54,436 nucleotides of DNA from an uncultured Candidatus Saccharibacteria bacterium (GCA_964434935.1 CAYSWS010000004.1:1-54436), one strand, 5' to 3'. Counted from the first letter of the stretch, positions 1-7,556 are shown. The notes: a model not told the origin generated them from the sequence alone. Made by a program: numbers and translations.

Positions 1-474
1 GTTATCGTTATTATTGGTATTTTAGCCGGTGTGCTAATTGCCATTATCGATCCCAATGCACAACAGAATAGAGCCAGAGATGCCGGAGTTCAGGCGTCTA
101 TCAATAAAGCGGCTTTGGCAGCAGGAGGATTCGTTTCTGCCTACGGCAGAACACCGGAAGGTGACGAATTTTATAATGCCCTATCCAATGTTTCTGAATC
201 TAGTTTAGGCGCTTGCGCTGCTGGTGGAGATACTTGTACTTATTCAGTAAATGGTAATGAGCTGGGTCTGCTGTGCGATGCAGCAGCCGATGACTGGGAC
301 GGTAGTGGTGCTTTGCAATGCTGGTATTACTATGAAGGTGCTTTAGGAGCAGGCAGTGATTACAGGATTTGTGCCAGATCATACGGTATAAATCTGGGTA
401 TGTTCTGCTTCTTAAGTTCTGACGGGTATATGTCTCAATGCGACGAAGATGGAAATAACTGTGTGAGGTTATAA
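1..474 (+). CDS. Type IV pilin / pseudopilin-like protein, 5' end cut by window edge
   Basis: Frame 1 is open from base 1 (VIVIIGILAGVLIAIIDPNAQQNRARDAG...), which is the hydrophobic N-terminal helix of a prepilin-type protein. The first ~60 aa are paralogous to the next gene. The C-terminal half contains 8 Cys. Confidence 0.75.
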   Translation, partial: VIVIIGILAGVLIAIIDPNAQQNRARDAGVQASINKAALAAGGFVSAYGRTPEGDEFYNALSNVSESSLGACAAGGDTCTYSVNGNELGLLCDAAADDWDGSGALQCWYYYEGALGAGSDYRICARSYGINLGMFCFLSSDGYMSQCDEDGNNCVRL

Positions 475-498
475 GAACGACCTTAGTCTTGTTTATTT

Positions 499-526
499 CC
501 AGCCCCGCCAATACAGGCGGGGCTGG
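499..526 (+). terminator. GC-rich hairpin after the first pilin gene
   Basis: CCAGCCCCGCC (499-509) pairs perfectly with GGCGGGGCTGG (516-526), with a 6-nt loop. Only TT follows, so the U-tract is weak. Confidence 0.45.
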
Positions 527-536
527 TTGGAAAGAC

Positions 537-564
537 TTGAAAGCTTTGATAAAATCCATATATT
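537..564 (+). promoter_or_regulatory. Candidate sigma70-type promoter of the second pilin gene
   Basis: TTGAAA (537-542), 16 nt spacer, TATATT (559-564). The hexamer ends 6 nt before GTG 571. An alternative extended -10, TGaTAAAAT, lies at 547-555. Confidence 0.35.
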
Positions 565-570
565 TTAATA

Positions 571-1140
571 GTGGGTATCTTTGTGCATAAAAATGATAGT
601 TCTGACGCCTTTACCCTTATAGAGATGCTTATCGTCATTACCCTAATTGGCATCATGGCAGCTATCCTTATTGCTGTTATTGACCCGGAACAAAAGCAGA
701 ACATGGCCAGAGATGGTGTAAGCATGTCCATTTTGAACAAGGTTGTACTTTCTACCAGCGGTTTTGTCTCTTCTTACAGTCGAGTACCTGATGAAAAAGA
801 ATTCCTGCATGCGCTAACCATTAAGGTACAAGAATTGTTTGGTTCAGAATGTTCCTTTGACTTTGAATCTGACTACGAATGTTTGTTCATTGTGGAAGGA
901 GCAAGCCTGAAAAATATGTGTAATTTAAGCTATTGGCGCGGCAATAAAGGCCAAAATCAGTTATGCAGCTTTAGGTATAAGGGGATAATACAGGGAGATG
1001 ACAATAGGTATAGACTTTACGTCAAATCAATGGGCTTGCCGGACGGTATGCTTGTCTACGACAATAAGGAGGGGGGAAAAATATACGAATGTCCCTACAC
1101 CATTTCAGATTTCGATTCCTTAATTGCTAGGTGCAGATAA
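571..1140 (+). CDS. Type IV pilin-like protein (prepilin-type N-terminal domain)
   Basis: ...SSDAFTLIEMLIVITLIGIMAAILIAVIDP... is the classic FTLIE(M/L)LIV prepilin motif with Glu at +5. It is a paralog of the upstream gene (GFVS-Y-R-P-E-EF--AL shared). The C-terminal domain has 6 Cys. The start is GTG 571 or GTG 583. Confidence 0.85.
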   Translation: MGIFVHKNDSSDAFTLIEMLIVITLIGIMAAILIAVIDPEQKQNMARDGVSMSILNKVVLSTSGFVSSYSRVPDEKEFLHALTIKVQELFGSECSFDFESDYECLFIVEGASLKNMCNLSYWRGNKGQNQLCSFRYKGIIQGDDNRYRLYVKSMGLPDGMLVYDNKEGGKIYECPYTISDFDSLIARCR

Positions 1141-1152
1141 ACCAATATCAAG

Positions 1153-1158
1153 TATAAT
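1153..1158 (+). promoter_or_regulatory. Candidate -10 hexamer (TATAAT) 6 nt upstream of GTG 1165
   Basis: Perfect TATAAT at 1153-1158, then ATTTTT, then the first in-frame start codon of the ORF. No Shine-Dalgarno sequence. Confidence 0.3.
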
Positions 1159-1164
1159 ATTTTT

Positions 1165-1866
1165 GTGGACACCTGGAATAATAATCAATCAGGAAAAAAT
1201 GAGGAGGTATTTTCTTTGGCTGACGATGTTAACACCTCTAATGAGCCCCCCAAGGAGGCTATCACTCAGCTTGGATCATCTTTTGAGATCAAGCATGTCA
1301 CCGTAGCCAAAAAAGGCAGCCGCTCTTTTCCCACTGCCCTGTTGGCCTTAGTGGTGGTCGCCCCCTTGATCTTTGTCTTTGCCATGGGAGCGCTTTCTAA
1401 CAGCAATAAGGACAAAACAGATAAATCATTCCTTTTTAACACGGTAGAAAGTGAGTATTTTACTCTGAGCGTCGATTCTGATTACGCTGTTGAATCCGTG
1501 GTTGATAAAAAAGTGCCTTTCTTGGAAAGACATATATTTTCCAACACAAAAGATGGGCAAAAAACGTTAACAATTCTAGTAAAAGACATCGGATTTGACT
1601 ATTCTCTTGAGGAAAACTTGGGCGCTAAAGCCAGAAGAGATAACCCGCAAATGTACTCTGAAATGCCCTTTGAACTTGATGGTAAACAAGGTGTCTACTT
1701 TAAAAAGACACAGGAAAGTTTTGAACACTTTGTTCTACTCATAGATAGGAACAGAAGCGTGTTATATGAGATCACCATGGGAAGTCCTACTACTTTTGCT
1801 AATGATATTGAGCTAAGCACCAAATTTAACGATATTCTTAATAACATTACCTTTTTGGAAAAGTAA
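1165..1866 (+). CDS. Hypothetical single-pass membrane protein
   Basis: 233-aa ORF with one hydrophobic helix (FPTALLALVVVAPLIFVFAMGAL) followed by a ~150-aa soluble domain. No family recognised. The start codon is uncertain (GTG). Confidence 0.6.
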   Translation: MDTWNNNQSGKNEEVFSLADDVNTSNEPPKEAITQLGSSFEIKHVTVAKKGSRSFPTALLALVVVAPLIFVFAMGALSNSNKDKTDKSFLFNTVESEYFTLSVDSDYAVESVVDKKVPFLERHIFSNTKDGQKTLTILVKDIGFDYSLEENLGAKARRDNPQMYSEMPFELDGKQGVYFKKTQESFEHFVLLIDRNRSVLYEITMGSPTTFANDIELSTKFNDILNNITFLEK

Positions 1867-1904
1867 TGTGATAGGTTGAGAGACGGTTCGTTGGAAATAA
1901 TGAC

Positions 1905-2891
1905 ATGAAAAAAGTCTTATCTATTGGAGGTGGAACCGGAAGTTATACCGTTCTCACAGGCTTAAAAAAGAAAGATCTTGATCTGACGGCCGTAGTGACT
2001 TGCGCGGATAGTGGAGGCAGTACCGGACGTTTAAGGGATGAGTTCGGGTTTTTGCCTGTGGGGGATTTCAGGATGGCCATGGTGGCTTTAGCTGATGCCA
2101 ACGGTGATAATGATGTTCTGCGCGAGCTGTTCCTGTACCGATTCGAAAAAGGTCCCGGTTTACGCGGGCATAATTTTGGCAATCTACTTCTGACCGCCCT
2201 AACCGACATTTTTGGTTCTGAGGACAAGGCTTTTGAATACGCGTCCCGAACGTTGCGAGTAAAAGGTAAGGTACTGCCCATTACTAATGAAGCTGTAACC
2301 CTGATCGCGGAATATGAGGATGGCAATATAATCATAGGCGAGACCCACATCGACGAACCACACCCCAAGCATGACAGCACTAAAAGGATCGTTAACTTAT
2401 CTATTCAACCTAAAGCCAGGATGAATAAACGTACAAAACAAGCCATTCTGGAAGCTGATATGATCGTTCTTGGACCCGGAGACTTGTATACAAGTACTAT
2501 AGCGAATCTGGTTGTGCCCGGAGTAAGCGCCAATATCAGAAGTTCCAAAGCAAAAGTTGTGTTTGTGGTGAGCCTGATCAACAAATTCGGACAGACATAC
2601 GGTTTTAAAGTAAGCGATTATGTGGATGAGATCCATAAATACTTGGGGTTTTACCCTGACTATGTTGTCGTTAATACGGATAAAATGTCAAGAAAAGCTT
2701 TAGCGCGGTATAAAGAGGAGAAAGGCTTTCCACCTGAAGACGATCTCAAGGAGACCAAAAAATACAAGATCATAAGGGAAGGTCTTCTGGCCAAGGATAT
2801 TATCAAGAGAAAAAGTGGGGATGAAGTAAAGCGAAGCCTTATTAGGCATGATTCCGACAAATTGGCTGATGTTTTATACCGATTGTTCTAG
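1905..2891 (+). CDS. YvcK/CofD-like (UPF0052, gluconeogenesis-factor family) protein
   Basis: N-terminal SIGGGTGSYTVLTGLK and ADSGGSTGRLRDEFGFLPVGDFRMAMVALA match YvcK-family signatures. Confidence 0.85.
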   Translation: MKKVLSIGGGTGSYTVLTGLKKKDLDLTAVVTCADSGGSTGRLRDEFGFLPVGDFRMAMVALADANGDNDVLRELFLYRFEKGPGLRGHNFGNLLLTALTDIFGSEDKAFEYASRTLRVKGKVLPITNEAVTLIAEYEDGNIIIGETHIDEPHPKHDSTKRIVNLSIQPKARMNKRTKQAILEADMIVLGPGDLYTSTIANLVVPGVSANIRSSKAKVVFVVSLINKFGQTYGFKVSDYVDEIHKYLGFYPDYVVVNTDKMSRKALARYKEEKGFPPEDDLKETKKYKIIREGLLAKDIIKRKSGDEVKRSLIRHDSDKLADVLYRLF

Positions 2892-2901
2892 CAACTATAA
2901 T

Positions 2902-3468
2902 TTACTCCGATCTTTCCTGATACATTTGCCTTAATTTTCTCACAGTACGGTAAATAATTGTTCCTACGTTGGTTTCACTCAGACCGGTAATCTGCGAAAT
3001 GACTTTGTTTGAATAGCCGTCAAAGAACTTTAAGTATATGATATCTTTTTCCCGTGGTGGCAACTTCTGCAGTATAGAATATAGAAGTTCTTCAGAGTAC
3101 ATGGTTTCTATCAATTCCAAAGGCTGCTTTTCCTGTGACGGGAATTCTTGCAGTAGCTCTGATGACGCGACCGGTTTGTTTCTAGAGACTTTTCTGTAGT
3201 GGTCTATTAAAGTATTTCTAGCTATCCTGTATAACCAAGCGGAAAAAGACACACCCTGCCATTGAAAGTTATCGAGACCATTCAGGGCTTTTTCAAAAAC
3301 TGCGGAGGTGAGGTCTTCTGCAGTTTCATAATCATTTAGACGGTGTTTAAAAAATTCCTTTATGTATGGCTGATAATGCTCATATAAAGGGCTGAATTTA
3401 GTCTTATCATTTCTGGATTCTTCGATCAGTTTCTTTTCTTTTGTGGGACTAAGTGAAATTACGCTCAT
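2902..3468 (-). CDS. ECF-type RNA polymerase sigma-70 family factor
   Basis: Region 2 (AEDLTSAVFEKAL...FSAWLYRIARNTLIDHYRK) and region 4 HTH (LPPREKDIIYLKFFDGYSNKVISQITGLSETNVGTIIYRTVRKLR). The ATG at 3468 lies 2 nt after the upstream gene's TGA. The alternative TTG at 3474 would overlap that stop. Confidence 0.9.
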   Translation of the reverse strand: MSVISLSPTKEKKLIEESRNDKTKFSPLYEHYQPYIKEFFKHRLNDYETAEDLTSAVFEKALNGLDNFQWQGVSFSAWLYRIARNTLIDHYRKVSRNKPVASSELLQEFPSQEKQPLELIETMYSEELLYSILQKLPPREKDIIYLKFFDGYSNKVISQITGLSETNVGTIIYRTVRKLRQMYQERSE

Positions 3469-3470
3469 GA

Positions 3471-4349
3471 TCAAATTAAGGGCATATGAGAAGCAAATAA
3501 ATGTTCGAATTCCTGCATGGTTACGGTCTTATTTCCGCGCAGAACTATGGCGTCGTTGTTTTGAGGTGTAAAATTTTTGGGATTTTTAAGCCAGTCGCTG
3601 TGCTGTTTTAGAGCATTAATGTCCTTTTTATTCTTTGTAAAAACTATTTTCCTGCCGATCTCCGTATCATCTTGAACAAGTTCAAGAGCGGAATCAAGCT
3701 TAATGGGGAAGTAGTAATGAGTGGCGTCAATTATGACCGAGTTATTTATCCCCGGAAAGAATCTGATCTTCGAAGAGGGTAGAGAAAATGAGCTTAAGGC
3801 TTGCTCTATCACATTCGGTTCAATGTTATAAAAACGTCCAATTTGCTGCACAGCCAATTCAAAAGGTTTTAAAACGTCATCCGGATGAGTTTGATTGATC
3901 TTGACCACTTTTTTGATCCCAAACTCAGAATAATCTACCGGTACCCGTCCCACAATGAGGGCGGTTTCGGGGTCCAGGACTTTTAGCCAGTGAGAAAGAA
4001 GATCAGGATCAATAAAGTTGAGCTCCAAGATGAGAAAATGCTTGTGAGGCGGGTTTTTCTTAACGAGAAAATAGGATTTAAGTAACAACCGGACCCACTC
4101 CCAGGAATGTTCTGGATAGCTGGGATAGCCAAGAACGGTTAGTGGCACGCTAAATTCTGCTTCGGGAGACTCCAGATTTCTTCTGGCGGGAAACCTTGTT
4201 TTTATCAGATGGTAAACAATTTCCCGCCCAATAGACGTTTGACCGTCGCCCATAATAGCAATGATGGTGGGCTGATGTTTTTTTAAGGTCAGTTTTGTGA
4301 GGTTGGTTAAAAGGCGTCTATATGGTTTTCGAAAGATCTTATTTAGCAT
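3471..4349 (-). CDS. Hypothetical cytoplasmic protein, possibly a degenerate Mur-ligase (MurF-like) central domain
   Basis: PTIIAIMGDGQTSIGRE sits where Mur ligases carry the GxxGKT/S P-loop, with the Lys replaced by Gln. FSVPLTVLG resembles the MurF IGVPLTLL motif. FLILELNF and SVIIDATHYYFPIKLDSALE resemble the E-x-G and DDSYNANP-S--AL positions. No TM helix. The alignment was done by eye only. Confidence 0.35.
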   Translation of the reverse strand: MLNKIFRKPYRRLLTNLTKLTLKKHQPTIIAIMGDGQTSIGREIVYHLIKTRFPARRNLESPEAEFSVPLTVLGYPSYPEHSWEWVRLLLKSYFLVKKNPPHKHFLILELNFIDPDLLSHWLKVLDPETALIVGRVPVDYSEFGIKKVVKINQTHPDDVLKPFELAVQQIGRFYNIEPNVIEQALSSFSLPSSKIRFFPGINNSVIIDATHYYFPIKLDSALELVQDDTEIGRKIVFTKNKKDINALKQHSDWLKNPKNFTPQNNDAIVLRGNKTVTMQEFEHLFASHMPLI

Positions 4350-4360
4350 AGTTTAGCTCT

Positions 4361-4369
4361 ATTTTAACA
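4361..4369 (-). promoter_or_regulatory. Extended -10 element (TGtTAAAAT on the minus strand) for the 4349 operon
   Basis: The reverse complement of 4361-4369 is TGTTAAAAT. It lies 11 nt upstream of ATG 4349, so the leader would be about 5 nt. Confidence 0.35.
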
Positions 4370-4379
4370 CTCCGAGTGT
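4367..4379. promoter_or_regulatory. Perfect palindrome ACACTC-c-GAGTGT (candidate operator)
   Basis: 6-bp arms with a 1-nt spacer in the 69-bp divergent region between the 4349(-) operon and mraY(+). It overlaps the TG of the minus-strand extended -10. Confidence 0.3.
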
Positions 4380-4411
4380 GATATATCTTAAAATAATGCG
4401 ATATACTTAAA
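4380..4411. repeat. Direct repeat GATATATCTTAAA / GATATACTTAAA upstream of mraY
   Basis: Copies at 4380-4392 and 4400-4411 differ by one inserted T. The second copy contains a TATACT -10-like hexamer 11 nt before ATG 4419. Confidence 0.4.
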
Positions 4412-4418
4412 GTAGTAT

Positions 4419-5444
4419 ATGTTGCCGGCAATTAATTTATATTTATTGGCATCCCTGGTTTTTGTGGTGACGTTCTTGCTTTTTGTACCTTTTATTGATC
4501 TTATGTACCGCCTGAAAATGGAAGATCCGCATAGGGAAGCCGGTAGAAAAGACAGATTTGGCGATCTGGTATCGGTTTTTGATAAAATAAAAGGCTATAA
4601 ATCAGGCACACCTACCGGGGGAGGGATCCTGATAGTGCTGGTTGTGCTTCTGGTTTACGGCTTTTTGTATTTTTTCCAGGTCTACGCCATAAGTTTTGAT
4701 AAATTCATGCTCTTTGTCTTAAGTTTGACAGCCTATGGTTTGATAGGGTTTTACGATGATATAAAGAAGGTTTTCACTTTTAACGGTTTGTGTTTGCGCG
4801 TTAGGTACAAGATCATTATTCAACTAGCGGCCTCTTCGATCATCTCTTACTGGGGCGTGTCCAAGGGATTATTTTTTGTAAACTGCCCTGTTCTTGGTTG
4901 TACTATAGAAAATGGCTTGTTGCTCTTTTTACTGTCTGTTTTGACACTAACTTTTATGGCCAACGCCTTTAATATCATCGATGGCATAGACGGACTTTCC
5001 TCCGGCTCTTTGCTCATCACTCTCATCCCGCTTATTATTTTTATAAAAAGCTCCACCAACGACCTCCCTGATCTTGTGTTGGCTTTCATTTTGTATGGAG
5101 CTGCTATGGCCTATCTTTATTTTAATATCAAGCCGGCCAGGTTATTTATGGGGGATACGGGAGCCTTGGCGTTGGGTTCGATCATTGGCGTGCTCACCCT
5201 GACGACCGGAACACTTTATCTCTTACCAATCTTTGGCATTGTTTATATTGTGGACGCGCTAAGTTCGATAATCCAGTGGACCTCAAAGTATTTTTTTCAG
5301 GGTAAGAAAGTGTTCAAAATTGCGCCCATTCATCATCATTTTGAGGCCATTGGTTGGGAGGACACCAAGGTTGTTTTCAGATTTTGGCTGGCGCACGCCT
5401 TTTTCTCCCTCCTAGCTCTCGGTGTTTATTTTTTGTGGGTTTAG
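4419..5444 (+). CDS. mraY: Phospho-N-acetylmuramoyl-pentapeptide transferase
   Basis: NAFNIIDGIDGLSSG, MGDTGALALG and APIHHHFE motifs in a multi-pass membrane protein of 341 aa. Confidence 0.93.
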   Translation: MLPAINLYLLASLVFVVTFLLFVPFIDLMYRLKMEDPHREAGRKDRFGDLVSVFDKIKGYKSGTPTGGGILIVLVVLLVYGFLYFFQVYAISFDKFMLFVLSLTAYGLIGFYDDIKKVFTFNGLCLRVRYKIIIQLAASSIISYWGVSKGLFFVNCPVLGCTIENGLLLFLLSVLTLTFMANAFNIIDGIDGLSSGSLLITLIPLIIFIKSSTNDLPDLVLAFILYGAAMAYLYFNIKPARLFMGDTGALALGSIIGVLTLTTGTLYLLPIFGIVYIVDALSSIIQWTSKYFFQGKKVFKIAPIHHHFEAIGWEDTKVVFRFWLAHAFFSLLALGVYFLWV

Positions 5445-6046
5445 CCTAGCCCATTTATTAGAAAATCTATGGTTGTTAATGAGTTTTTTTCTGGATTTTC
5501 TGAACCAGAAAGCTTTAAATGGGGAAACGGAAATTTAATACTCTGATAATATTTGATTGTTTTTAATAACCTATCCTTATCAGCTTTTGTATAATATTTA
5601 TTTCTTTGCTGCCAACGTCTCAATATTTTGTTATTTTCTAGTTCGATTTCAATTACAACAAGTTTAAATGGAAGTGTTTTCCAAACATTATCCACCGTTT
5701 CTTTCCAGACGCAGTCTTTTAATTCTGAGAAGTAATACCCGAAATTTCTTACAGTTAAATCAATCTCTGCCTGCCTACTCCATGGTTGCGCCCATACTAC
5801 ATTAATACTATTTTGCAGATTTATTTCAGCCTGATCAAACAAGTAACTATATATTTTGACATTATCTGAAGGGTTTTTAGTCATTCTGGGCCTGAATTTT
5901 TTATAGGTATTTTCGTTAACATTAATATTGTCCGGATCAAGTAAAACCACGTTGTTTAAATGTTGTTCAAGATTGTTGGCAAAAGTTGTTTTTCCGGCGC
6001 AAGGTTTACCTCTTATTAACAAGCAGAAATAATTTTTATCGTCCAT
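5441..6046 (-). CDS. P-loop NTPase / small-molecule-kinase-like protein
   Basis: Walker A IRGKPCAGKTTFANNL followed by VVLLDPD (Walker B-like). The gene samples at about 27-32% GC against about 53% at the mraY 3' end. Its stop overlaps the mraY stop (TTAG). Confidence 0.6.
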   Translation of the reverse strand: MDDKNYFCLLIRGKPCAGKTTFANNLEQHLNNVVLLDPDNINVNENTYKKFRPRMTKNPSDNVKIYSYLFDQAEINLQNSINVVWAQPWSRQAEIDLTVRNFGYYFSELKDCVWKETVDNVWKTLPFKLVVIEIELENNKILRRWQQRNKYYTKADKDRLLKTIKYYQSIKFPFPHLKLSGSENPEKNSLTTIDFLINGLG

Positions 6047-6059
6047 GGTTATTTATTTG

Positions 6060-7454
6060 TTATAAATACCTCTCCGGCAGACTATTTTCCAGCAACACAA
6101 CATCGCCTTCTTTTAAGTTCTTATCAACAAACCGGTAAACCTCCCTCACATCCCTCAACCTGATAATATTTTTCTTGTTAAAATTGTTATCAATTGCCCC
6201 GGCAGATATGCTGTCTGTTCGATCACTTTTTCCTATCAGCAGTATCAGATCGGCTGTTTTTGAAGTAATAAAGCCTAGAAACTTGTGCACGTCGCTGCTT
6301 TTATGGCCAATGCCTTCAATTCCGAGGGTGGCAATTACCTTTTTACCGTCGTACAGACTTAAAACGCCTAAAGCGTCTTTAAAACCGGAAACATTACTGC
6401 TCTGGGTATCATCCAACACGTCAATGTTTTTATAGCGTTTATATTCTAGCCTACCTGGAATTTGCTCCAGTTCTTCTATCTTTCTTACTAACTCATCAGG
6501 TTTTTCGCCTAGTTCCACAGCGCATATTATGCTAGCTAACAAATTACTGACATGATTTTTTCCTAGCAATGGCGAATGGAAAATGTACTCAGTGCCATTT
6601 ATTGTTAAAGTAAAATCCGATCCATGCGTACCTAGGTTAATGTCAGTTGCCAACACCACTTTTTGGCACAATTCGTTCTCTCTATTTTCCAGAGAATATC
6701 CTATCAACCTTGTAGGTAAAGCTTTTTTCAGTTTTTCATTCACCAGTTCTACATCCAGATTCACTATTCCCGTTCCCTCAGCTTCAAGGTTTTGTAAAAG
6801 TTCGAACATATGATCTACGGTTTTATCGATATTTTTGAAATGATCTAAATGGTGTTCATTAATACTGGGAAGAATTCCGAGGGATGGCTTTAGTATTTGA
6901 CAAAGCCTGGTTATCTCACCAATTTTTAGCTCACCAAATTCGCAAAGGAATATTTTGTGATCTGAGGTAAGCTTATTCTCTATCTCCTCCAGAGCGGACA
7001 TGAAAGTATCGTTTTCATTATCACTACTTATTGTATTTTGGGGTAGTAGCTGTTTTAAGATCTCTTTTATCGAAGATTTTCCCGAACTGCCTGTAATGCC
7101 TACCGTGACCAAATTAGGTAAAGAGGTCAATTTTTGGGAGACAGATTCGACTTTTTTCTTTTCCATCCTGATCTCCAACGGCCTGAAGGCCAGCTTTCCT
7201 ATCAACAAAAAGATAAATCGGAGCAGCCAAAGAAGAATTATTATTGGTGCAGCCAGATAATACGGGGTAAAAAAGATAAGTGCAGACGAGATAATTAGGA
7301 AAATAACCAGTGCCACAACTAGAACAAATCTGGCTTTGCCATCAAATTTTATTTTTCCCCGGCCTAGCTTTTTAAAATAACTTTTAAAGACTCTTTTTAC
7401 GAATCTGGTTGTTTCGTATCTTTCCAACTGGTAATAATATAAAAATCTAGTCAT
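6060..7454 (-). CDS. MurF-like Mur ligase with an N-terminal two-helix membrane anchor
   Basis: P-loop VGITGSSGKSS, EFG, NEHHLDHF, GKNHVSNLLA, PGRLE and DDTQSSNVSGF match the Mur ligase middle and C-terminal domains (MurF-like). Residues ~45-95 form two hydrophobic helices (FVLVVALVIFLIISSALIFF, APIIILLWLLRFIFLLIGKLAF) where MurF normally has its N-terminal domain. ATG 7454 is preceded by GGAGAA; a TTG at 7457 is also in frame. Confidence 0.8.
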   Translation of the reverse strand: MTRFLYYYQLERYETTRFVKRVFKSYFKKLGRGKIKFDGKARFVLVVALVIFLIISSALIFFTPYYLAAPIIILLWLLRFIFLLIGKLAFRPLEIRMEKKKVESVSQKLTSLPNLVTVGITGSSGKSSIKEILKQLLPQNTISSDNENDTFMSALEEIENKLTSDHKIFLCEFGELKIGEITRLCQILKPSLGILPSINEHHLDHFKNIDKTVDHMFELLQNLEAEGTGIVNLDVELVNEKLKKALPTRLIGYSLENRENELCQKVVLATDINLGTHGSDFTLTINGTEYIFHSPLLGKNHVSNLLASIICAVELGEKPDELVRKIEELEQIPGRLEYKRYKNIDVLDDTQSSNVSGFKDALGVLSLYDGKKVIATLGIEGIGHKSSDVHKFLGFITSKTADLILLIGKSDRTDSISAGAIDNNFNKKNIIRLRDVREVYRFVDKNLKEGDVVLLENSLPERYL

Positions 7455-7473
7455 CAAGGATTCTCCAAACGGT

Positions 7474-7479
7474 ATTATA
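7474..7479 (-). promoter_or_regulatory. Candidate -10 (TATAAT on the minus strand) for the MurF-like gene
   Basis: The reverse complement of 7474-7479 is TATAAT. It lies downstream of the minus-strand terminator, with a 19-nt leader that contains GGAGAA. Confidence 0.35.
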
Positions 7480-7490
7480 TTAAATGTCCG

Positions 7491-7537
7491 GGCAAAAAGA
7501 AAACCGAAGCGATGGTTTTGGCTACCGCCTCGGTTTT
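7491..7537 (-). terminator. Rho-independent terminator of the 82-aa ORF
   Basis: The minus-strand RNA is AAAACCGAGGCG-(14 nt loop)-CGCUUCGGUUUU followed by CUUUUU. The stem is 12 bp with one G-U pair. On the plus strand the same stem has an A-C mismatch. Confidence 0.65.
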
Positions 7538-7556
7538 TACGTTGTCATTCTCCACC

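Noticed and set aside
1124-1306. 60-aa plus-strand ORF overlapping the end of the pilin gene and the start of the 233-aa gene (similarly 34124-34351, 40359-40544, 41280-41519, 43691-43978 and 53445-53678)
   Set aside because: These are out-of-frame overlaps with longer, better-supported genes on the same strand. Their composition is biased (Arg/Cys/Ser-rich), which is typical of off-frame translation.
5441-6046. Calling the P-loop protein a zeta-toxin / toxin-antitoxin module
   Set aside because: Only generic Walker A/B features are visible. There is no adjacent small antitoxin-like ORF. I kept it as a kinase-like protein and left the cell-wall-precursor idea as a hypothesis only.
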